64,000 nt of DNA from Flectonema sp. DT1601 (lineage: Eukaryota), in assembly GCA_964019425.1 (NCBI GenBank), contig OZ025782.1, forward strand, positions 248,001 through 312,000. Direction: 5' to 3'. Shown piece after piece: positions 55,005 through 64,000 of this stretch. Each line of letters begins with the position of its first letter. Positions within the stretch are counted from its first letter, which is position 1. Position numbers and translations under genes: made by a program. The notes beneath the pieces are model-generated. The model did no database searches, was not told the origin of the DNA, and worked only from the letters and a program-made list of their open reading frames with translations.

Positions 55005-56372
55005 CTTTAATGCTGAGCGGCTGTAAGGAAAAGGTAAATAATTTATTTATTTTTTTAAAAAAAAAAATAATAACTGATGCTGTGTATAACTAAAAATATT
55101 GCTAGAAATAATTCATCTTCTTCTGAAAAAAAAAATAAATAAAATAATAATAATGACTAGCACTACTCACTGAAAGATTTTTAACAAGCCTCTGGGTAGT
55201 TTGGGTAGTAGATACACTTAACTGGTAGAAGGAAAACGAAAATTTTCCCCCTTTCCATTTTCTCGTTCGGAATTTAATTTTAAAAACAAAAAGGGAATAA
55301 ACGTGAATTCAAAATCACAAAAAGTTTTATTGAGTTTACAACTAAGGTAGGGATAATTACCTTAATAAGAAGACGTGCAACATCAGCTACACGAGAAGAA
55401 GAAAAAAAAGAGAGAAAAAAAGAAAAGACCCACAATTCACCGATTGTCGAAAGCGAATGGAAACCAAGAAGGAAAAAAAAAAAAACGATCGCTCTAATAA
55501 CCTTTTTTTTTTAAATTTTTTTTTAAATTCTTAAGCTATTGCTGTGACTGGGGAAAATTTGAATGTTTTTTTTTTGAATTTTGTAAAAATACAATAATTG
55601 TATCAATATAACGCAATACGATAATTTAATATTTTAACGCTAGTTAAGGATACATGACTATGGTGGAAAAAAAAACAAAAAAAAAAACAAAAAGAAAAAA
55701 AGAGTTTGGGGGGAAATACACGAGTTGAAAGCATCTCATTCTTAAGACGTCAATATTTATTGACAATTTACTTTTTTTTTTTTTTTTTTTTTTGATTTGA
55801 TTAGAAAAAAAACAACGTGTTGTGTCGGGGTCAATTTTTTTTCATCCAGCGGGGGAACAACTACAGAACCCTCCCTCCCACAAAGGATGTAAAATATATC
55901 TAAAAAAAAATATTATATCCCCATAATCTGTATTCCTTACAAAGCAAGAAAATAAGAATAGAAAAGTGTCTCACTTCGACAAGACTGACCTCCTTTCAAC
56001 ATTGAAGAGCCATAAAGGATAATCCACCGACCTGTTGTTGTTGATATTGCAAACGTTTACAAAAGGAGAAGGGAGAAAGGAGCAATTGGGGGGAAAGGGA
56101 GGAAAGAGAGAAACAATTCGAACAGAGCAAGGAACACAGAGAACTAGTGTTTCTTCTGTGATCGATTACACTGAAATATCAAAAAACAGACATTTAACGT
56201 CTCTAATCGCAAGTAGACATCATTTTTATTAGCCTTTGGTAAACTACAATTTTTTTTTTTTTTTTTTTTTTGTTCTTTTTTTTTTTTCATACCAATATCC
56301 ATTCTTTTTAGTTCATCGTGACGAATCCTTTTGCAAAGCCATTCACGGAAAGGAAAAGAAAAATCCCAACTC

Positions 56373-56405
<33 letters not shown>

Positions 56406-57250
56406 AGTGTTTGGAACACTACTTTTTTTTTTTTTTTTTTTTTTCGAACTAAAGAAAATAGATATAGATAGACTACCAGTCCACATTACATGTTGCTCAT
56501 CACTGATACAGCAACGTCTGTAAAGGGGACAAAGGGAAAGAAATTCAGACAATACTTATATTTCGTTGAAAAGAATAAACACAACAGGCAGCTGAATCAA
56601 AGAACAAGTCCTCGCTCGGCAGGGCTCTGCCGAGTGAACACGACATTTTTTTTCCTCCAGAGAAAGTGGAAAAAAAACTAAATGCGTTGGGCCAAAGGAA
56701 GGGGGGGAAAAAAAAAAAAAAAAAAAGGCAGCGGAAAGAACGAATCTTTTTAAAAAATAACTAAGAAAAAGTCGAGAAATCGACTTAAAAAATACTATAT
56801 GTAGACTACGGGCTTCATACCAGTGTCAATGAATAAAACTACAGCGTAGGCAAATTACAGAATCAAATTTTTTGATGACACAAAAAAACCAATGTCGGAA
56901 TGCAACATGCAAAAAATAATTTCGGGAGGAAAAATTAACCAAAAAAAAGACTCAGAGAAAGTTTTTTTTTTTTTTAAATTATTTTATTGTAATTTATTTT
57001 TGTGTGTGCTATCGGTAAAAAAGAATTTGAGTGGTACCTTAAGGTGAGGAATTCGATCACGAAACCCCCGTGAAACGAAATAAAACTGAGAAAAGCTAAA
57101 AAAAAAAAAAACTTTCCACTTAAGAAAAATAACAACGCTTTACGAGTAAAGAGAGAAAAACGAATTCCCGTAAATCGTGATTACAGCTGTACGATGAAAA
57201 GAGGAGAACAACCATCTTTTTTTTTTTTTTTTTTTTTTAAAGTACCAAGC

Positions 57251-60157
57251 CTAGGCAGTCATATGATCAGGGAGTATGGAATCCTTACCCAAGATACTCG
57301 AACCCGGATAGTCTGGAAATTCTTTTGTTTGTCCCAAAGATAATTTTCCTTCCTTTGTAATTACGTATGGGTAAGCCAACAAATGACATGTCAACTCATT
57401 CGATGTACTACAGTAATCATTCCACGCTTGCTCAGTACGCTCTCTAACGTATCTTGAACAGTCAATTGTTTCTGGATTCCTGACAACGTCAGGAAGAGAT
57501 CCATAAAATTTCATATGTTCACACCACAGAGAAAGTCTAAAACACTTAACAGCACCATGAGCATCACTGCCAGTAAAGTGAGGTTGGCAAAGACCAACAG
57601 CTATTTCTGTGTCACGGTTACCAGACATCGATCTGTCGTTTATGTTTGCTGATCCCAAAATAATGTATTCATCATCAACGAGTAACATTTTAGAGTGAAT
57701 GTAGATTGCAGCTCTTCTGTTTGTAACCATGTTACGAAGTTCGTCATATTTTTTCATAAAACTGTTGCTCGGGACCATTTTCTTCAACGAATCACTCTCA
57801 GAAGAACTAAGAGATTCCCTGTTTCCAGCAGCAAAGAACTGCAAATAGTCCCTTGGGTGAGCTGGTGAATTTGCTTCTTTGAGAGTTCTTCCAATCGCAT
57901 CATACATCCCTTGAATCGTATTTTTCTGCCAACGAAGCAATTCCTGTACAACTGCACTCGCAGGTAATCCTTCAGGAAAGAGAGGAATAAGAACATAGAC
58001 ACAGTATGGCTCCTTGTTTCTGATTGCTTGCTGAATTCTCTTTGTGATGACCTGAGGGATTATGTTGGATGCCCCTCCGTGGGTTTTTTCATTGATCCAC
58101 ATTTCACTGCTTCCAATAAAGTACTGGTTTTCAATATAGATAAATTTGGTTGATCTCTCAATTGCGTCAACCCATGCACGTTGGCAATCCGCTTCGATAC
58201 CAACGACTGAGCTGTCGCTGGTGGTGTCAATTGAACGGAAGAGTTGGGCATTCCAAGACTCTTGATCATTGTTTTGGTAGATCCCTGAAGACTCCTTGTT
58301 GAGGACTTGTTTAGCGAGGGCGCCGCTGTCAATCTTAACTGAACCATCTTTTCCTCCCTGAGTCTTCCATCTGTTTTGAAAGTTCAGATATGCGTCGTAT
58401 GCAAGTGGACCCTCAACTTTGCTATGGATGTCGGACCACGGTTGTCTCATTGGTTTTCCTTCTCCCTTAGCTGCGTATTGTTGGTAGACATCGTGATTGT
58501 GAAGGCTGAAGAGATGTTTTGCAGGACAGTCCCAACGTCCTCCAGTCAAGTCGATTCCTCCAATAAAAGCAACAAGTCGAAGCATGTCTCCTTCAGCTGG
58601 AGCATCACAGATTACACCCTTTTGATGATGAGTGAGAGAGGCGCTTAGAACAGCTGATTGAACATCACGTTTCATACATCTGACTTGAACTGATGTGTCA
58701 CGAAAGAATTCACGGCAAGCTGCTGATCCGGTTCCTGCAGCACCGTAACCCGCTACTACTTCATCCCAAATCATAATACAAACAGGGACTCCGTCTCTAG
58801 CTTTCTTCTTGATGATCGCACCAAGAGTGCAGTTGCGTCTATCCCTAATAATCTTCTTTACTTCATCAGAATGAGATTCACTAAGAGGAATGGTACCATC
58901 TTCAATAGATGAAATAAGAGCTTCATCATCACCTAATCGTTCAGTTGTTCCTGGAGGTAGATTTCTTAATAACTGCATTGAGGGATCTACAGACCATCCG
59001 TAAATATAAATCATTTTTTTAGCATCAATTAAATTTTGATACAAATCTTCCCAACAACTTTCCCTAACGTATGGTCTCGCTAATGGGGTTCCCTCATACA
59101 GAGTTAAAGGAGCAAGCGTTTTGTTCCAATAATCACCCACGTAAGCCGATTGGTATAAAGTTGAGTTGTTTCCAGTGGTCGATCGAAACCTAGTGCGAGT
59201 GATTTCCCACTTGTTTAGGTTCTTAACAAGCAGATTATTTTGAAATTGTAATGTCAATTTAATTTCTCCAGTTCTTTTAACGCGTCCTAAAGTAACATCG
59301 TATAGCGGGATCGTTCCAGTGAAAAACCCGAATTGGATTAAATTAGACAGACCGTCTTCCATTGAGAGGAATCCCTTTGCTATGATCTCATTTCGAGCAG
59401 AACAGTTTCCGAAACAGTTCAGATCAGTGTCCTTGATGACGATGAAAATTAAATCAGTGTTGGCTATTCTTACAATCTCTTCGTGATTCCAAACTGGGTT
59501 ACTGGTCGACGGAATTGGGTTCGTTGATGAAATTAAACGTCCCTTTCTATCGTACAATTCACAATAAGGATCACCGTCAGTTGTTCCACACTGATCACTC
59601 TTCGGAAGGTCATTCGCTTGATGGATTTTTAAGGTTACCAGTCCATGGGCATATTCAAGGTTTTGTTCCCTGCGAGGGATTCCTGAATTCTGTTGTATCG
59701 TCGATGGTGAGACTCCACAATGTAATTCTCCGTCGGTCACTTGAACATCGTATTTTATACCCATGTAAGATTCAGCGATGATCGCATCTCTGTCTTTAAA
59801 AAAAACTCTCTCTCCCTCTCTGAATGAAGGAACAGCTTTCATGTCTGATGCCTTTACCATGACGTACTTCCCTTTACCTGCGGCGTGTAATGGAACTTCT
59901 TCAGCGATTCTGACCTCGTATCTAGTGTCAGTGGATGACTTGACCGGGTGACGAGTGTTTACAATTGCTGGAACCTCTTTACCGTCGACCATAATAAGAA
60001 CTGATTGCGAACTTAGAAACTCTCTCTTTCCCCAATGTCCTTTTAGTGCTTTCAGTAATTTGGACATCAAATGCTTTCTCCTGTCTGCCTTAGATGAGAG
60101 TAATGTAACATTTTCTCCTTCAGCTCTGGTCGCTCGAGTTGCAAAGCAACAAGACAT
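57251..60157 (-). CDS. Phospholipase D, C2-PLD type (paralogue B)
   Basis: HHQKGVICD and HSKMLLVDD motifs; same architecture as paralogue A. Confidence 0.92.
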   Translation of the reverse strand: MSCCFATRATRAEGENVTLLSSKADRRKHLMSKLLKALKGHWGKREFLSSQSVLIMVDGKEVPAIVNTRHPVKSSTDTRYEVRIAEEVPLHAAGKGKYVMVKASDMKAVPSFREGERVFFKDRDAIIAESYMGIKYDVQVTDGELHCGVSPSTIQQNSGIPRREQNLEYAHGLVTLKIHQANDLPKSDQCGTTDGDPYCELYDRKGRLISSTNPIPSTSNPVWNHEEIVRIANTDLIFIVIKDTDLNCFGNCSARNEIIAKGFLSMEDGLSNLIQFGFFTGTIPLYDVTLGRVKRTGEIKLTLQFQNNLLVKNLNKWEITRTRFRSTTGNNSTLYQSAYVGDYWNKTLAPLTLYEGTPLARPYVRESCWEDLYQNLIDAKKMIYIYGWSVDPSMQLLRNLPPGTTERLGDDEALISSIEDGTIPLSESHSDEVKKIIRDRRNCTLGAIIKKKARDGVPVCIMIWDEVVAGYGAAGTGSAACREFFRDTSVQVRCMKRDVQSAVLSASLTHHQKGVICDAPAEGDMLRLVAFIGGIDLTGGRWDCPAKHLFSLHNHDVYQQYAAKGEGKPMRQPWSDIHSKVEGPLAYDAYLNFQNRWKTQGGKDGSVKIDSGALAKQVLNKESSGIYQNNDQESWNAQLFRSIDTTSDSSVVGIEADCQRAWVDAIERSTKFIYIENQYFIGSSEMWINEKTHGGASNIIPQVITKRIQQAIRNKEPYCVYVLIPLFPEGLPASAVVQELLRWQKNTIQGMYDAIGRTLKEANSPAHPRDYLQFFAAGNRESLSSSESDSLKKMVPSNSFMKKYDELRNMVTNRRAAIYIHSKMLLVDDEYIILGSANINDRSMSGNRDTEIAVGLCQPHFTGSDAHGAVKCFRLSLWCEHMKFYGSLPDVVRNPETIDCSRYVRERTEQAWNDYCSTSNELTCHLLAYPYVITKEGKLSLGQTKEFPDYPGSSILGKDSILPDHMTA

Positions 60158-60540
60158 TTTTTCGAATTTTTTTTTTTTTTTTTTTTGTTCTGGATTCCCT
60201 TCCTTGGTTAGAAATATTATGTCATAAAATTAATAATTGAACCATTAATAAGAGTTGTTTTCTTGCTGAAAAATCAATACAAAAAAAAAAAAAAAAAAAA
60301 AGAAGAAGGAATAAAAAAAAATTACAATCAACCTGTCAGTAATACAAGAATAACGTTTTTTTTTTTTTTTTTTTTTTTTTAAAACTTTTAGCACTATAAA
60401 TATTTTTGATTTAAAAAAATAACTGAAAAGGAAAAGAAAAAAAAATACAAACAGGCGAACAATACAACAGCAAAAAAAAAAAGAGAATAAAAAAAAAAAA
60501 CACAAAGCAATCGGGTTAAGATTCCGTGAGTGTAAAATAA

Positions 60541-61374
60541 TTAACGTGAACGAAGAGGAGAACCAGCAGGACTAACAAGAAGATAACAGTCTTCTGGCCT
60601 CATTGGAAAAACTCCTTTATCTTTGCCGTCGAATTCACAAAGTAAGAGCGTTCCTCGATAACCAACAACAACACCGTGCCTTCCTCGAACAGAACCAACA
60701 GCAATATCAGACCCGAGAGGGTATGCAGGAGACTCTGTTGGAGCTTCCCTTGTATGATGAGGGCTGATGGCTAGAGTTATTCCTCCTCTGATGAAGAATT
60801 TAATTTGATATTTAGATCCCTTTGTACCAACAATCACACCTCTCAATCCATTGAACTGACTACGATCTCCATCATAACCACACGACTCAACTGGAGAATA
60901 CAACGGTAATTCTGTTAAAGTCATATCAGTAGTGTGAGCTACTGCCGCTATTGGTAGGAAATCATCAACATTTTCTGTGTGGTGATGATGGTGATGGTGA
61001 TGAGTTGTTTGAGGAGATACAGACGCTGCTGCTATGTGATTCTGTGGACAGTACATTCGATGAAATGGCCATCCCATAGCTTGGCATTGCTGACCACAGT
61101 AAACTGTGACTAAACATCCTGTACAAGGCCATAAAGTCGTATCCGATGAACCACAATAGTCACATGCTAGCATCTCATCATTTTCATCTTCATCTGTTGC
61201 CTCACTCCCTGAAGGTGTTGCGCTGGGTCTTATAAACTGACTTGGGTACGGTACTATCTTTTTCCATTGTCCCCATTGAACTAGCACTTCTCCGTTACCG
61301 CTAGACACAACAATTGCACTTTGCCACTTTCCAGACTTTCTAAACACCTCAACAGTATCACCTTTGTGAAACAT
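60541..61374 (-). CDS. MYND zinc-finger protein with Tudor/SH3-like and KOW-like domains
   Basis: CDYC..CTGC..YCGQQCQ..W..H..C. Confidence 0.8.
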   Translation of the reverse strand: MFHKGDTVEVFRKSGKWQSAIVVSSGNGEVLVQWGQWKKIVPYPSQFIRPSATPSGSEATDEDENDEMLACDYCGSSDTTLWPCTGCLVTVYCGQQCQAMGWPFHRMYCPQNHIAAASVSPQTTHHHHHHHHTENVDDFLPIAAVAHTTDMTLTELPLYSPVESCGYDGDRSQFNGLRGVIVGTKGSKYQIKFFIRGGITLAISPHHTREAPTESPAYPLGSDIAVGSVRGRHGVVVGYRGTLLLCEFDGKDKGVFPMRPEDCYLLVSPAGSPLRSR

Positions 61375-62157
61375 TATTGAGCTGTTTGCGTACTGAAAAA
61401 ATTGAAAAAAAAAAATGGTAATACACTTGTTATAATAAAAAAAAAACCAGACTTCTGACGGTTGTCTCAGGGCTGTAATGCCGTTGTTCTTTTTTTTTTT
61501 TTTTTTTTTCCAATTTATTTTTCTCTCTTTTTTTTTTTTTAAAAAACATTATTCCTCCAAAGAAAAAAACAAAAAATAGGTACAATTTTTCTTACACATT
61601 TAACCACATATAAGAAGAGACGCGAGGAGGGCAGCCAAATTGAAAAAAAAAAAAAAGAGAAAAAAAAAGAGAATAAAAAAATTCTCTTTTTTTTTTTTTT
61701 TTTTTTTTTTGACAGGGTAACAATCAGTCACCAAGGCTAGGCGTTTTTTTTTTTTTTTTTTTTTTCCCCGAAGATGTGTATAATGCAGTGGCAAAGAAGT
61801 AACATTCGGACAGGCAACGCAAGGTAATAATGCACAAAGAAAGGAGGATAGGTGACTGTCATATCGCTGGCAAACTGTTAGGGAAGGTTTTTATTCTTGT
61901 ATCACCCTCCCCCCGCTTCGAGAAATCTATTGCATATTTCTTTTTTTTTTTTTTTTTGAATTTTACTTTCAAAGAGAAAAAAAAAAAAACAGAACACGAA
62001 AAATCCATGTGTAATTTTATGTGCAAAAAAAATTAACACAAGATTCACACAACAAACAAAAAAAATATTATAAGTTGCCAAGACTTTTTCTTCTAACTTT
62101 TTTTTTTTCCCCTTCCCTACTACAACCCTCTTTAGAATTGTAAAAAAGAGACCATCT

Positions 62158-64000
62158 TCACATAAACTGACACCCTCCCCTATCAGTTGGCTTATCAACG
62201 GTTGGAACAGGCGGAGCATGACAAGCTTCCGTCACTCTTGGAAATACATCTCCAATGTGTTTATCAGATGCATCATCTCTTTGATAGAATAAGATGTAGG
62301 CGCTGCTTGTTACGACTGCCTCTTCTGCTGTTTGAGTATTAAAACGAGTCGGGTGTATTGTTTGATGAGTGAGAACATCGTTGTACGTCCACCAAGTACC
62401 AGTGTGATCAAGACGAACTTGGGAATAATAGTGTCCTGCAGTAGCTGAACCGATATGATTCAGCACTGCGTATAAAGTGTACGTGTGTTCTCCAATTTTT
62501 AATCCTGACAACGGAAATTTAATAAATGTATTAAGTTTAGTTGTCGAGTAGCCATCAAAAGTGAATCTCTTCAACTGAATTACAAGAATCAAAGGAGATA
62601 ATTTTATTTCTAATTTTTTCAAAGCAGCATCGTCTCTCTCGACATCTGACACAACAGTTGGTTGAAATGTTCCATTAAAGCTGAGTACAAACTCTGATTT
62701 ATCCTTTAACGTAATCGCTGTTAGATTATCTAAAACTATTCCGTTTTCATCCATAAGAATCAATTCATTAGTTATCTGGATCGACTCTAAGTCATTAATC
62801 TGAATACACCTTCTAACCGTTTTCCAAATCTCACCTTTGATCGCTTTTGGAGTTGTTTCAGTAAGACTTTTAATTATAAATGGATTCAGTTTTTTTGAAT
62901 CACCCTTCACAACAACAGTATCAGCAATGGTGATTGCTATCAAAGTTTCATTCTCAGCAAGCATGGGAACGACCGTCGGAGATGTTAAATCTTTAAGCAT
63001 CGCATCACCAGGAACAATAAAGCCATTATCATCTTTTTCACTGTAGTCAACAACCATTAGATCCTCAACCTTCAACGGTCTTTGTTTGCATAAAGATTTT
63101 AACAAACCTCTGCTGGTACCTTCAGGAACTGATGCTTTCAATGTGATTGAATAGTCATTCGTCGTTAGGTAGAATTGCTGCTCAATGTAGTCACCACCGA
63201 GTTCCAAGTCTCGACTGCGACACTTTGAACAGTTGATTGAGATGTCTTCAGGTGTACTAAACTTTTCAAGACAAGAATCTAAAGTCGATCCATCCAGAAC
63301 TGGTGCTTGAACTTTTTCAAGTTCAAATTCTACATCAGCAGACCACACTGGTCGGTGTTCTTTGTGGAGAACACCATCATCCCAAACAATTGATATATGA
63401 CGCTCTGTTTTATTAGCACCTGGTAAATCATAGTCTAACACAACTTTACATCCAGTACAACTACCTAACCAACTACAATGCAAGCATCGTAGAGGATTGT
63501 TTGACTTAACATCTACAATATAAAAAGGTGTCGGTTTTAATGCCAACGAGTAGTCAGGAACCATCGTTTGAACTTCTTTCTTCAGTATGTCGTAGAGTCC
63601 TTTTAGTGTCAGTTGTTTGTCAGTAAAAAACGGTATCTGGATGATAAATGGTTTTCCCAAAAGCCGATTCTCCCCAGAAAACCTATGTGAAATATGCAAT
63701 GTCACTATTTTTTCACTATCAGAAAGTTTCTCGCTCATATAATAGATCGGTACTTCGAAACCTGCAGGATCGGCAAGATTAAATCTATGCGCTGGTACTT
63801 GTGACTGAGTAGATGCAATGCCGGATTTGTATAAAATTCGTCTGACGACAGAGAATTGAACTTGAGCGACTAAAACAGAGCAATTTGGGAACTTTTCAGC
63901 AACCACAACGGCTAAGTCGGAGATCAATTGTTTGTCACGAGGGACTGTCAGTCTCATTTTCTGATAGTTTCCTCCAATTTCTCGAATAATTACATCACAA
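62158..64000 (-). CDS. Ubiquitin-specific protease, USP32-like, 5' part outside window
   Basis: LVIQLKRF, His box NHIGSATAGHY, AYILFYQR; CxxCxWxxxCxGC motif; C-terminal CaaX CQFM; frame open to window end. Confidence 0.88.
   Translation of the reverse strand, partial: CDVIIREIGGNYQKMRLTVPRDKQLISDLAVVVAEKFPNCSVLVAQVQFSVVRRILYKSGIASTQSQVPAHRFNLADPAGFEVPIYYMSEKLSDSEKIVTLHISHRFSGENRLLGKPFIIQIPFFTDKQLTLKGLYDILKKEVQTMVPDYSLALKPTPFYIVDVKSNNPLRCLHCSWLGSCTGCKVVLDYDLPGANKTERHISIVWDDGVLHKEHRPVWSADVEFELEKVQAPVLDGSTLDSCLEKFSTPEDISINCSKCRSRDLELGGDYIEQQFYLTTNDYSITLKASVPEGTSRGLLKSLCKQRPLKVEDLMVVDYSEKDDNGFIVPGDAMLKDLTSPTVVPMLAENETLIAITIADTVVVKGDSKKLNPFIIKSLTETTPKAIKGEIWKTVRRCIQINDLESIQITNELILMDENGIVLDNLTAITLKDKSEFVLSFNGTFQPTVVSDVERDDAALKKLEIKLSPLILVIQLKRFTFDGYSTTKLNTFIKFPLSGLKIGEHTYTLYAVLNHIGSATAGHYYSQVRLDHTGTWWTYNDVLTHQTIHPTRFNTQTAEEAVVTSSAYILFYQRDDASDKHIGDVFPRVTEACHAPPVPTVDKPTDRGGCQFM

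Noticed and set aside
1..64000. Spliced-leader RNA, rRNA or intact tRNA genes
   Set aside because: No recognisable SL exon (...CAGTTTCTGTACT...), rRNA motif or complete cloverleaf found by eye.

Overview
AT-rich eukaryotic (protist-like) DNA in two parts. (1) 1-20.6 kb is a tandem array of three imperfect units of about 3.7-9.2 kb. Each carries a bacterial-looking 231-aa membrane-protein gene embedded in mobile-element debris: a decayed long-TIR DDE DNA transposon (GAGG termini), stacked 5'-truncated retroelement ends with simple-repeat tails, and one Penelope-like reverse transcriptase ORF. The best candidate for a new system is this Penelope-like element. Its RT is fused C-terminally to a Josephin/ataxin-3-like cysteine protease with an intact Cys-His-Asp triad. 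Its direct terminal repeat contains a hammerhead ribozyme core whose substrate strand lies inside loop II, a non-circular permutation. (2) 20.9-64 kb holds 21 genes, including threonine synthase, a PhyH dioxygenase, syntaxin, 3x RPL21, BUD23, a Bfr1-like protein, SRP54, two LRR proteins, two plant-type C2-PLDs with Tudor-like domains, a MYND protein and a USP32-like protease. Every gene is on the minus strand. Eleven inferred 61-115 nt GT-AG introns all lie in the 3' half of their genes and have A-rich acceptors, whereas AG sites upstream of start codons are mostly pyrimidine-rich. This suggests an organism with both cis- and trans-splicing (euglenozoan/diplonemid-like; inference). All assignments are by eye and no database searches were run.
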